Positions 1 to 12,254 of a stretch of DNA of 64,000 bases are shown piece after piece (the stretch's first letter is position 1; every line of letters begins with the position of its first letter). The stretch is from Savitreella phatthalungensis. Lineage: Eukaryota. Under the pieces are notes generated by a model, which worked only from the letters and a program-made list of their open reading frames with translations, had not been told where the DNA came from and made no database searches. The stretch is from contig AP039699.1 of assembly GCA_051599415.1 (NCBI GenBank), positions 248,001 through 312,000 on the forward strand. Direction: 5' to 3'. The position numbers and the translations under genes are program-made.

Positions 1-231
1 TCTGAAGATCTCACGAAAGTTGCCGTAGAACCAATGTCCCTTTGGACCTGGCACCCTGCGGATCGGGGAGAAGAAGTTCGGCCAGAGGAAGATTCGCCAG
101 ATGAAATAGTAGCTGAACAAGGTGACTGAGAGAATTGGCAGGACGATGGTGGTGATAGCATACTGCGGTAGAAGGAAGTGCCTGACTGCCTGCGCCGCCA
201 GTGCTGATGATACGACGAGAGGTAGAAGCAT
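1..231 (-). CDS. Cytochrome P450, N-terminal part (runs off the window start)
   Basis: Not in the ORF track. Hand translation from ATG 231 gives MLLPLVVSSALAAQAVRHFLLPQYAITTIVLPILSVTLFSYYFIWRIFLWPNFFSPIRRVPGPKGHWFYGNFREIFR: a membrane anchor followed by the SPxRxVPGP...GN proline hinge typical of fungal P450s. The heme motif lies outside the window. Confidence 0.8.
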   Translation of the reverse strand, partial: MLLPLVVSSALAAQAVRHFLLPQYAITTIVLPILSVTLFSYYFIWRIFLWPNFFSPIRRVPGPKGHWFYGNFREIFR

Positions 232-2376
232 GTCTCCGTTCGAGAAGAGGAACCAACGATGTATTGGCTTGTCAAGAAAAGTGAATTCCGTCTGAACGGA
301 CGAGTGAAACGGACGGGAGCAGAGGTGTGAGCGAAAGTTACTCAAGTACTGCGAGAAAGTTGAAGCGATAGCCACCACTTTCCGCTTCAGCGGATGTCAA
401 GGGTATATTGCGTGTCCGTAGTGGTTGTCTGGGGAAAGGGAAACGGCGTATGCCGTATACGTATATGGCGAGGACGTATGCTGTAGCTGGCTTGTGATAA
501 TGCGGGTTTGAATCTATAGCAGGTGAGGATATGAAAAGAGGATTTCAAGCGATGATATTGAATCCCTTCAAGTCAAAGTGGATTAAACAGCTGAGCTCCA
601 CCAATCCTCGGACCCGGTACCAGTTGAGCTAGATACCCCAGGTGGAAGCCAAAGGGAGGATGAGATGGACAAGGTCGGCTGGAAGGGCAGACTCTTGATC
701 GCTTGCTTGCTCGCTCACGCACTGACAGTTTGTCTGGGGGATGAGTAAAGAGGATTGATTAGCCGCCAATGAAGCGCTTTGCACGGAGCTCGACCGATTT
801 CTTCGGCCCATGATGGACCCCGAGATTTCACTGTGGACGCTGGGGGTAAATTCAACCTAAATCAAGTCAGCCGGCCGTTGGAGTTGAAAAGTAAAAGTGA
901 GTTTAAACGACTGAATGCACGAACGGCATATACACGTGATAGCCAAGACTAAGAGTATTTCCACAATCCAAATGGCAAACAAGATGGCAATGACGGTGAC
1001 AGCAGACTGGCCCTCCGACACAGTGGAATCGCAAATAGACTGTATCGAAAGCTGGTCTGCGTGGACTCCAAGCCTCGACCGTTTAAGTCGATGCAAGATC
1101 AGCCGACTCTATCCTACAGTCAGCCTGAGTGAAAGTCTACGCGGGGACTTCCCGGTGAAATTTGTGTTTAAGAGAGAAGTCCACGCACTGTGTTGCCCTT
1201 CTCTCTGTCGCAGGTCTTGTGTCTTGTCATCGTGCAGAGGAACTTCCTGTTCACGTGCGCCGGCTTGTGTTAGAAAACAATTGGAAAGCATATATGAGAA
1301 GAAATCATCTTGTCTGAAGCAAGAGCGAACAGGATGGAAACCACTGTCTAGTGTCCTAGTTAAACTTCAGAAGGTGATTGATCGCCTACCCCTGGTTGAA
1401 TGATCAATTCAGACTGGGAATACAGATCAGACATGGACTATGAGAGTGATTGAAGGACGATATATTTTGAGGTCTGTTCAGAAAGACAATGATTGGCTTG
1501 TGGAATGAAATATCGACGTCAGAGCGTATTGCATCCCGTAGATTACCAGCCAGTCATCGTCCAGGTCTCCTGCTTGCTTTACACCAATTCAAGGCTAATA
1601 TCAGTGAGCCCAAATGAATATCGCCCCGGTACTCCACATTTCTTCAATTTTATTTTAGAACTGGATCTGGATCTTTATCTGGACCTTGGCTGGAATTTGA
1701 GTGGATTTCCACCTGCAGTAGATATAACTATACCGTACATGTACGGGTATGACTTTCGTTAGCTAGTTGCAACCACGGGAGAAATCAGCTAGCTTATATC
1801 CGTTCACCCGAATATAGATAGAGCCATGGCTTCACATGCAGGGAAAGGGTTTACAGCAGGAGCAGTGGATATTGATGACCTTAGTCTGATTGTTACTCCA
1901 CAGATTCAATCCTCTCGATCAATCAGATCCATATCCCGTGTCCTCCTTCCCGTTTCACTTCCCATTTCACCCTGGAATTACATGGTAGCTATAGCTGACC
2001 ATGCTCTCAGCCTCTCGTATGCACATCACCCTCAACGCAACGTGTCCTTCAATCGACATCATGATCAATAATCATCCGGCCGGCCGATCCGTGCACACCT
2101 CTCAAGAACTCCGCAAAACCCGATCGTGTCGACCAAAAGTGGATGTCTTCCTTCGACACGCTTCCACCGAATACTTCTCCGTCAAAATCTACAGACGTCT
2201 CCCTGAGAAACTTTCTTTAACCTCTTACACAAAAGGCATCACGTTCCCCAGATTGGAAACCTTCTTGTGACACATCTCCAGTCTCATTCCCCTTCCCCAC
2301 GCCACGCTTCAAGTCCAATCGCAAAGAGCATCGCCCTGTAGCAAACACTTGTGTTGTGCCCAGCCCAGGTCTCGTC

Positions 2377-4647
2377 ATGACTGCCATCTCCACCACAACC
2401 ACAACCTCCATACTGCCGGCATACGACATTCGGGAAATCAGCCGCGCCTCGCCAATCGAGCCAGAGCTCATTCGCAACAGCCTGAAAAATGGATCATTGC
2501 CGACAGCTCTACTCTACGACGAGCGGGGACTCCAGCTGTTCGAGCGCATCACCTTCAATCCGGACTACTATCTCACCGGTTGCGAGATTGACATCCTCGA
2601 GCGTTTTGCCGACGACATTGCGCATCAGATTCAGGGAAGCACAGTAATTGAGCTGGGCTCGGGTGCGCTGAGAAAGACATCGCTCATACTGAAGGCGTTG
2701 GAAAACCTTGCACAGCCATGTGACTACTACGCTCTCGACCTCGATCGTCGCGAACTCGACAGGTCACTACGAGAGCTCACAGAGACACTCAGCTTAAAGC
2801 ATGTTCGTGTCCATGGCCTCCATGCCGACTACAATGACATCCATGCCTTCCTGGCAGAACGCAATGACCCAGTCACAATACTCTGGATGGGCTCATCCGT
2901 CGGCAACTTCAGCCGTGAGTCTGCAGCAGAGTTCCTTCGTGGCATCAAGAACTCTCTCAAGCCAGGTGACACATTCGTCATCGGTGCAGACCGACGTAAT
3001 GACCCTGAACTCGTCCACCGAGCTTACAATGACCCTGCCGGTGACACAGCTGCGTTCGAACTCAACGGTCTCATCCACGCCAACCGCATCCTCGGTCAGG
3101 AAGTCTTTCGAATGGATGACTGGTGCTATGAGGGTCATGTCGATGTGGAAGGAGGCTTCCACGAAGCCAACTACAAAGCATTAGCCGACGTGCGCATCTC
3201 GGAAGACTGTCAGTTCGACAAGGGCTCGCGCATCAGGATTGAGCGTTCATACAAATTTGACCATGACGACATGCTTCAATTGCTCGACCGAGCACAGCTG
3301 AGTCCAGTCAAAGACTACAGCTGTCGTCTGGAGCTCTACTCCCTGTACATTGCCCAGGTCCCCATTGGACACCTGCCAGCAAACGCCACAACGCTTCAAC
3401 CGCTGCCCTCGATCGCCGAGTGGGAGGAGCTTTGGAAGATATGGGACTGCATCACGCTCAAGATGATCCCGGACAACATGCTACTGAGCAAGCCTATTGA
3501 TCTCCGGAATCCGTGCATTTTCTACATTGGCCACATCCCAACCTTTCTTGATATTCATCTGGCACGTGTCGACGGTGGCAAATACATCAACTCCGCATAC
3601 ACGCAGATCTTCGAGCGAGGGATAGATCCGGACGTTGATGACCCTACGCAGTGTCACGCACATTCCGAGTGTCCCGACACCTGGCCTGATCTCGCTGAAT
3701 TGCTCCAGTTCAGAGATCAGGTTCGGCAGCGCTTGAGGAAGGTCTACGCCAGTGGTCGCATCGAGGAGCGAAGAGTTGGCCGTGCCATCTTCACCGGATA
3801 CGAGCATGAGGCGATGCATGCTGAAACGCTGCTTTACATGCTCCTTCAATCTAATAACACACTACCACCACCAGGTGTACACAATGATAATCCAATGCAG
3901 CATGCGGAGCCTCTCAAGTCTACCTCCTGGATCGACATGCCTGCAACCACTTTTTCAGTCGGTATGAATGACGTTGAAGGCTCGTCCACTGGTACGTTTT
4001 TTGGCTGGGACAACGAGAAGCCTGCCCGGCAAGTTTCAGTCGCTCCATTCTCGATCGCTTCGCGCCCTGTCACAAACGCGGAATACAAGAAGTATCTCCT
4101 GAGCCAGCCCGAAAAGCAGCAAACCGTACCGTGCAGCTGGACTGCAGACGGTAAAGTCAAGACTGTATTTGGTGCAGTCGACTTGGACCGTGCCGGCAAC
4201 TGGCCAGTCATGGCTTCTTACGACGAGCTTGAGGCATACGCACATTGGGCCGGAGCACGGCTGCCAACATATGAAGAACTGCGTCTATTCATCGATTCCT
4301 CTGCATCGGTCTCCGCAGGTACCACCAACACGCCATTCAACAATGTCCATGGCGCGTGTGTCAACTTTTCACAATGGCAGCCCGCAGACCTGTGTGACAA
4401 AGAGAGCCCACAGGTGTACACGGGTGTCTGGGAGTGGACATCGACGCCTTTCCATGCACATGAGGGTTTTGTTCCGAGCGAGATCTATCCAGGATATTCT
4501 GCGGATTTCTTCGATAGCAAACACAACATCGTCCTAGGCGGATCCTGGGCTACAATCGGAAGAATAGCAGCCAGAAAATCATTCGTGAACTGGTACCAGC
4601 GTAACTATGGCTACGCCTGGACAGGCTGCCGGCTGGTCAAGAAGTAG
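2377..4647 (+). CDS. EGT1: Ergothioneine biosynthesis protein 1 (EgtD-like histidine methyltransferase fused to EgtB-like sulfoxide synthase)
   Basis: Methyltransferase motifs LLYDERGLQLFERIT..YYLT, IELGSG and MGSSVGNF. DinB-like region LRNPCIFYIGH, FERGIDPDVDDP, EHEAMHAET. FGE-sulfatase C-terminus FGWDNE, VWEWT, YPGYSADFFD, LGGSWAT, NWYQ. First ATG is at 2377 (the track starts at GTG 2356). Confidence 0.95.
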   Translation: MTAISTTTTTSILPAYDIREISRASPIEPELIRNSLKNGSLPTALLYDERGLQLFERITFNPDYYLTGCEIDILERFADDIAHQIQGSTVIELGSGALRKTSLILKALENLAQPCDYYALDLDRRELDRSLRELTETLSLKHVRVHGLHADYNDIHAFLAERNDPVTILWMGSSVGNFSRESAAEFLRGIKNSLKPGDTFVIGADRRNDPELVHRAYNDPAGDTAAFELNGLIHANRILGQEVFRMDDWCYEGHVDVEGGFHEANYKALADVRISEDCQFDKGSRIRIERSYKFDHDDMLQLLDRAQLSPVKDYSCRLELYSLYIAQVPIGHLPANATTLQPLPSIAEWEELWKIWDCITLKMIPDNMLLSKPIDLRNPCIFYIGHIPTFLDIHLARVDGGKYINSAYTQIFERGIDPDVDDPTQCHAHSECPDTWPDLAELLQFRDQVRQRLRKVYASGRIEERRVGRAIFTGYEHEAMHAETLLYMLLQSNNTLPPPGVHNDNPMQHAEPLKSTSWIDMPATTFSVGMNDVEGSSTGTFFGWDNEKPARQVSVAPFSIASRPVTNAEYKKYLLSQPEKQQTVPCSWTADGKVKTVFGAVDLDRAGNWPVMASYDELEAYAHWAGARLPTYEELRLFIDSSASVSAGTTNTPFNNVHGACVNFSQWQPADLCDKESPQVYTGVWEWTSTPFHAHEGFVPSEIYPGYSADFFDSKHNIVLGGSWATIGRIAARKSFVNWYQRNYGYAWTGCRLVKK

Positions 4648-5052
4648 TTGCGTAATCAGTAGTATCGCCAGACCTTACTATATACATATCAATGGAATCA
4701 TGATATCAATGACAGAAGATTTCTACAGTCTCGAGGGTGCATAATTGCCGCCCACAGTACGTCTGGGTGTCGATAGAAACATGTAGACAACAAACACGTG
4801 ACCTCGAAAAACACGCCCGAGCCAAAGCAAAGCCAAGCAAAGAAAAGCGCGCACGACTACCCAATCAACCTTTAATCGTGTCTTTCAGACTTGTGACGTT
4901 GTGTTTCCGCTAGACAGTGCCAGCGCTCCATCGATTGAGGAAAGCGCTTCTCAACGATACCATACAAGCGCTCTTTGCGCTCCACACATCAACACTAGAC
5001 TCCTGCAGAGGTTTACCATAAATCGGATTCTCGAGCTAGCGGCCATACAGCG

Positions 5053-6621
5053 ATGCCTAGCACCGCTGCGGCAACTCGAGACGTAACGCCTGCGTCAGAC
5101 GGGGGATCTGGCGTGTCGACGCCTAACCCGAGTCGGTCGTTTGCTTCGTCGATTCGGATTGGTGCTACGATCTGGGCGTATGCGCCTGACAAGGAGCTCC
5201 GGCGGGCTGAAGTACGATCGCTTGCGACTCGCGGTGGGGAGCCTAGCTTCTACGTCCACTTTCAGGACTTCAACAAGCGGCTGGACGAGTGGATCACGAC
5301 CGCACGTATCGACACGTCCAAACCACCAGAGTACTCCAAAACCACAGACAAGAAGAAAGCAACCACCGCTGCACATCCTTCACAGTCCAACAAAGCACCA
5401 GCCAGTGCGCAACGCCCGGGAACAGGTCAGAAACATGTCGCCCAGAAAACGATTGCCCAGAAGCGACCTAAAAACAGCAGGGACGTGACCCCAGCCCCGA
5501 CAGTGAAGTTCGAAGACTCCGTCGCGGGAACGCCAGACAGCAGTGGTGCCGGAACGCCACGGCCGACGCGCGAGGATGAGGAGATGACTGACGGCGGTGT
5601 GGCTGGCGGTGGAGGTGACGAGTTGGATCTGATAGACCAGACTGATCACAGCCGTGGTCTGAACGCTGACCTGACGAAGGAAGAGGAGATCGACAACCTG
5701 CGAACGGGTGGATCGATGACGCAGAACATCCACGAGGTCTCGCGCGTGAAGAACTTTGACAAGATCCAGATCGGCAAGTACCTGGTCGAAGCATGGTACT
5801 TCTCACCCTGGCCCTTAGAGCTGACGAACGAGCCTACCTTGTACATCTGCGAGTTCTGCTTCAGCTACTACGGAGGCGCAAAGAGATTCAGCCGGCACAA
5901 GGCCAAGTGCACCATGCACCACCCTCCTGGCAACGAGATCTACCGAGATTCCGCAGTCTCGTTCTTTGAGATCGATGGGCGGCGTCAGCGTGTGTGGTGC
6001 AGGAATCTGTGCCTGCTGTCAAAGGCGTTCCTCGACCACAAGTTTTTGTACTTTGACGTGGACCCGTTCCTGTTCTACTGCATGACGACGCGGGACGAGA
6101 AAGGTCACCACCTGATCGGGTACTTCTCGAAGGAAAAGGAGTCTGCGGACAACTACAACGTCGCCTGCATCCTCACCCTGCCGCAGTACCAGCGGCTAGG
6201 CTACGGCCGACTCCTCATCCAGTTCAGCTACGAGCTCTCGAAGCGCGAGAACAAGACTGGTTCGCCTGAGAAACCACTCTCTGATTTGGGACTGCTCTCG
6301 TACAGGACATACTGGGCAGAGATGCTCGTCGACATCATCATGACACACGCTGCAGAAAACCCAGCATCCCCACACCTCACCATCGACGAGCTGTCAAACA
6401 AGACAGCCATGACCACAGCAGACGTCCTCCACACCCTCACAAACCTGAACATGATCAGGTACCACAAGGGCCAGCACGTGTTGTTCGTGTCGGAGGAGTG
6501 TGAGACTGGTTGGGAGAAGTGGAAGAAGAAGCGTCGGAGGACGTTGGACGGTAAGGCTGGTGGATTAGACGCTTGGAAGCCACCGGTGTTCACGCAGGCG
6601 CAGCTGAGGTTCAATTTCTAA
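5053..6621 (+). CDS. ESA1: MYST-family histone acetyltransferase, NuA4 catalytic subunit
   Basis: Tudor-knot motif FYVHFQDFNKRLDEW; WYFSPWP; C2HC finger ICEFC..H..C; HPPGNEIY; ACILTLPQYQRLGYG; GSPEKPLSDLG. Confidence 0.96.
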   Translation: MPSTAAATRDVTPASDGGSGVSTPNPSRSFASSIRIGATIWAYAPDKELRRAEVRSLATRGGEPSFYVHFQDFNKRLDEWITTARIDTSKPPEYSKTTDKKKATTAAHPSQSNKAPASAQRPGTGQKHVAQKTIAQKRPKNSRDVTPAPTVKFEDSVAGTPDSSGAGTPRPTREDEEMTDGGVAGGGGDELDLIDQTDHSRGLNADLTKEEEIDNLRTGGSMTQNIHEVSRVKNFDKIQIGKYLVEAWYFSPWPLELTNEPTLYICEFCFSYYGGAKRFSRHKAKCTMHHPPGNEIYRDSAVSFFEIDGRRQRVWCRNLCLLSKAFLDHKFLYFDVDPFLFYCMTTRDEKGHHLIGYFSKEKESADNYNVACILTLPQYQRLGYGRLLIQFSYELSKRENKTGSPEKPLSDLGLLSYRTYWAEMLVDIIMTHAAENPASPHLTIDELSNKTAMTTADVLHTLTNLNMIRYHKGQHVLFVSEECETGWEKWKKKRRRTLDGKAGGLDAWKPPVFTQAQLRFNF

Positions 6622-6706
6622 AGGGCTTCAACTCCTGTCATTCATTCACAGTGACCATCCACAAGCTAGAAATTACCTCTACAACAAGATCCAGCCTTCC
6701 CACAAA

Positions 6707-8965
6707 TCACTCACCGAACGGCGTCAGGCCGCTGTGCGATCTCCTGAGTGTGGTGGACGGTGCTGGGGTGAGGAGGAACGCTTCTGAGACGCGAGTTTCT
6801 GAGGCCAGTAACCTGAGGGTGCCATCGATCGCCTTCCAGCCCTGGTACTCGTGCTCCGTCGCTGCAGATCGACGTGCTAGCACACCTGCCTTGTTCAGAT
6901 ACGGGTCTTCCGATCTCGGTCGCATCTCCTCTTCGCCATCTGCGACCTCGTCCGCAGGTCGCTCGGTCGATGTGTAGATCGGCGCGGCTTTCATCAGCGC
7001 TTCACGAGCTAAGCGCAACTTGCCCATCGACGTCCACTGCTCTGCAGCGAGGATCCGCCAGAATCCGGCTTTCCTCCGTCGTTCGCCAAACAGGAATTTG
7101 CGTGAGCGCGGGGTCACAGGCGCGAATTCGCGATCGTCGTTAGGTGAGGCTGCAAAGATTCTAGCGACGTGTTCGACGAGCAATGCTCTTGTCGTTTCTC
7201 CAGAGATTTTCGCCTCCATGGCTCTCATGATCCACTTGGCCGCATCGTCCTTGGCGGCGTCTGGGTGGTGACGAAGGAGTTCTGCTGCGAGGAGGGTTGC
7301 GCGAAGGGCGTGGAAGGGCAGGCTGCTTCGTGAGAGGTAGGAATACAGGGCCGAGTCGAGTGCTGGCTCGATCACGTCCACCCGCTGGCGCTCCGTCACC
7401 GGCTGAGGTAGTAACAAGAGCGTGATCACAAACATCTCCTGCGCACCAGCGTGATGCCGCCAGGCCTTGTCGTTCGAGTAATCCTTCCGCAGCATATCGT
7501 ACACCCCGTTCGCAAGCCGCCAGTCGCGCAGCATGACTGCAAAGTCAGCGAGCTTTCTGAGCTGCGCCTCTGCCGCATTGGGAGGGTAGGCTCCTGTGGA
7601 TGGGTCATACTCGCCTGCACCGACACCGCCACCGTTCGCAGGCGTCGACGATCGCGACGATGACCAAAAACTCCGACCGACTTTGAGAAACCGATTGGCA
7701 AGTCCACGTCGAGGTCCAGCCACCTGGTCGTTCCACAACAACACCCGTCTCTCCATCGACGGCACCAGCGACTGCAACACCATATCTCGCACCATCGTAA
7801 TCAGACTCGAGTGGTCGACGATGGACAGATGTCGTTCTGCCACTGGCTGAACGCCGGATATCGCGGTATCGTCGTCGTCCTCATTCGGCTGTGCTGCGCC
7901 CATGAAGTCGGAAACACGTCGACTTGCTGATCCTCGCCAGCGCTGAGAGAGTCGCTCTGATGCTGATTTGCGGAGCTGAGTCGGGTGGACGACTTTGGTG
8001 TCGCCTGTGGGTTCGCCTGGGGAGAGTGGTTTTGAGGAAAGGCGGAGCATGTGGCAGGAGTCGCCGAAGCTTCGCTTCATCCGCTCAAATAATCCGAGTG
8101 ATGCCTGTAGGTCGTGCACGGCCTCGTCGTAGATCAGCACGTAGTATCTGAGGAAGCCAGGATCGACCCAGCCTGGAAGGCTGTCCTTGCCGGCGTTGTA
8201 CAGGGCCACGAGGGTCTCGAGTGGGTCCGGATTTGAGGCCGAGATGGCGATGCAGCCTGCCGCTGGATGGGAGAATGTCTCGTGTGGCACCGTAGGCAGT
8301 CCCGATAGCATGCTGTCAAGCATACTGTAGTAGTAATCGCTAGAACTCGGTCGAGAATCCTCACCTTCCTGACCACCGACACCGCCGCTGCCGACCATCT
8401 CTAGATTCTCACCGGCAGCGTCCATCTCGTGCTCTACCTGCCGCTCCACCGCCACGAGATCACCACCTTGAACAAATGTGGTAGGTGGGGACACGAGTCC
8501 GGGTCGCTGTGCGGCGGCTTGCTGTGGTGGTGGCACGTACTCTACAAAGTTGACAGCGAAGTCGTCGACGACGTTCTGGTGTCCTTGAGCGTCTCGTAGG
8601 TGGACTTTACTCTGGACGTGCTGGCCGTACGGCCTGAGGAGGTCGTAGAACGAAGCGAATCCTTTCTTCCTCGCAATCTCGTTCGCGTCTTCACTCGCAG
8701 ACACAGTGACGTGCGGCACAAACGCACGCGTGACGATCGACAGCGGCGATCGCTGGGGATTTCGAGACTTCACATAGGAGGCTCGTCGCGAGGTGTCGCT
8801 CCCGGTGAAGATGGTGGCGATTGATTGCAGAGAAGCAGTAGCAGTTTGCGTCATTGTTGAGACTGACCGACTTCCGGATGGCCTTCTGGTGGCGCTGCTA
8901 GTTGTTCCGCTACCAGAGGCGGCGCTCGCTTGTGCTGGATCATCGGACGACAGCCGCGATGCCAT
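6707..8965 (-). CDS. TRS85: TRAPP III-specific subunit Trs85/TRAPPC8
   Basis: PHETFSHP, LRYYVLIYD, LVPSMERRV and EAQLRKLADFAVMLRDW..A...Y...RKDYSNDKAW motifs. First ATG is 8965. Confidence 0.9.
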   Translation of the reverse strand: MASRLSSDDPAQASAASGSGTTSSATRRPSGSRSVSTMTQTATASLQSIATIFTGSDTSRRASYVKSRNPQRSPLSIVTRAFVPHVTVSASEDANEIARKKGFASFYDLLRPYGQHVQSKVHLRDAQGHQNVVDDFAVNFVEYVPPPQQAAAQRPGLVSPPTTFVQGGDLVAVERQVEHEMDAAGENLEMVGSGGVGGQEGEDSRPSSSDYYYSMLDSMLSGLPTVPHETFSHPAAGCIAISASNPDPLETLVALYNAGKDSLPGWVDPGFLRYYVLIYDEAVHDLQASLGLFERMKRSFGDSCHMLRLSSKPLSPGEPTGDTKVVHPTQLRKSASERLSQRWRGSASRRVSDFMGAAQPNEDDDDTAISGVQPVAERHLSIVDHSSLITMVRDMVLQSLVPSMERRVLLWNDQVAGPRRGLANRFLKVGRSFWSSSRSSTPANGGGVGAGEYDPSTGAYPPNAAEAQLRKLADFAVMLRDWRLANGVYDMLRKDYSNDKAWRHHAGAQEMFVITLLLLPQPVTERQRVDVIEPALDSALYSYLSRSSLPFHALRATLLAAELLRHHPDAAKDDAAKWIMRAMEAKISGETTRALLVEHVARIFAASPNDDREFAPVTPRSRKFLFGERRRKAGFWRILAAEQWTSMGKLRLAREALMKAAPIYTSTERPADEVADGEEEMRPRSEDPYLNKAGVLARRSAATEHEYQGWKAIDGTLRLLASETRVSEAFLLTPAPSTTLRRSHSGLTPFGE

Positions 8966-9313
8966 CTTCTGGGATGCCGCAAAGGCCAAGCGAGAAAAGC
9001 CGTCACTGCAGTCTCAGCTGTACGGCGCCTATGATCTGTGTAGTGACTGCATCTTGGCCTTGTGACGCCGACTTGAGGATGTACACAGATATCGTTGTAG
9101 TGGAGATGTTGTGTGATTAAGGTTTGTAGTTATTGTAGCTTGCAATTGTGTGATACCCGTCACGTTCATGCAGTTTTAATTTCAGTGAAGTGTATGGTAC
9201 GTACAAGCGCAGACGCGTATGAGAGTGGATGAATGATGTGTGAAGCGATACAATTACTTTTTTGGAAGGTCGAGTTCTAAGTCTAGAGGAAGCGATCAGA
9301 AAGAGAGTTGTGT

Positions 9314-11765
<2,452 letters not shown>

Positions 11766-11840
11766 TCAGGACAAAGGGATAGCGAGTGAGTAGAGTAGAG
11801 TGAGAGTTAGAGTCTGTGGTCTGGGTGTCTGTGCGGCAGC

Positions 11841-11904
11841 TGTGTGTGTGTGTGTGTGTGTGCGTGCGTGTGTGTGTGTGTGTTCTCTCTCTCTCACACT
11901 CTCT
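11841..11904. repeat. Compound (TG)n/(CT)n microsatellite upstream of DBP2
   Basis: About 21 TG units with two CG interruptions, followed by a CT run. Confidence 0.9.
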
Positions 11905-11996
11905 GAGGCAGCTAGTGTATGTGACTTTCTGAGGCTGTTTGACTGATTGATTTTGCGGTTTCGCATTTGACCGTGTTTAGAGTCAATATCGACCTG

Positions 11997-12006
11997 TGAA
12001 AAATTT
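11997..12006. promoter_or_regulatory. RRPE-like element upstream of DBP2
   Basis: TGAAAAATTT about 280 bp upstream of the DBP2 ATG; matches the fungal ribosome-biogenesis RRPE consensus. Confidence 0.5.
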
Positions 12007-12254
12007 GATCACTCTAACAAATTTGTTTCGGAGCAGGCACAGAAAATCTCTTCCATTTGGCCTTAGTTAGATTCGAGATCGGTCTATGGCATTTACATTG
12101 TGCTAGCTGATATTGATCAGACCAGCGAATGACGGTAGGTGGCGATAATCGGCACGTGACTTGACTCAATCTGTCCACTTCAGAGCTCATATACTCAGTT
12201 TACAGCGTCCTTGGTTCTGCTGTGTGCAGTTAACAGACTTCTTCTCTTACATGC

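Noticed and set aside
915..1403. 162-aa ORF in the P450/EGT1 intergenic region
   Set aside because: No domain, Cys/Ser/Arg-rich composition typical of random ORFs; cannot be supported.
1..4647. P450 and EGT1 as a divergent biosynthetic cluster
   Set aside because: No EGT2, transporter or backbone enzyme is visible, the genes are 2.1 kb apart, and the P450 family cannot be determined from 77 codons.
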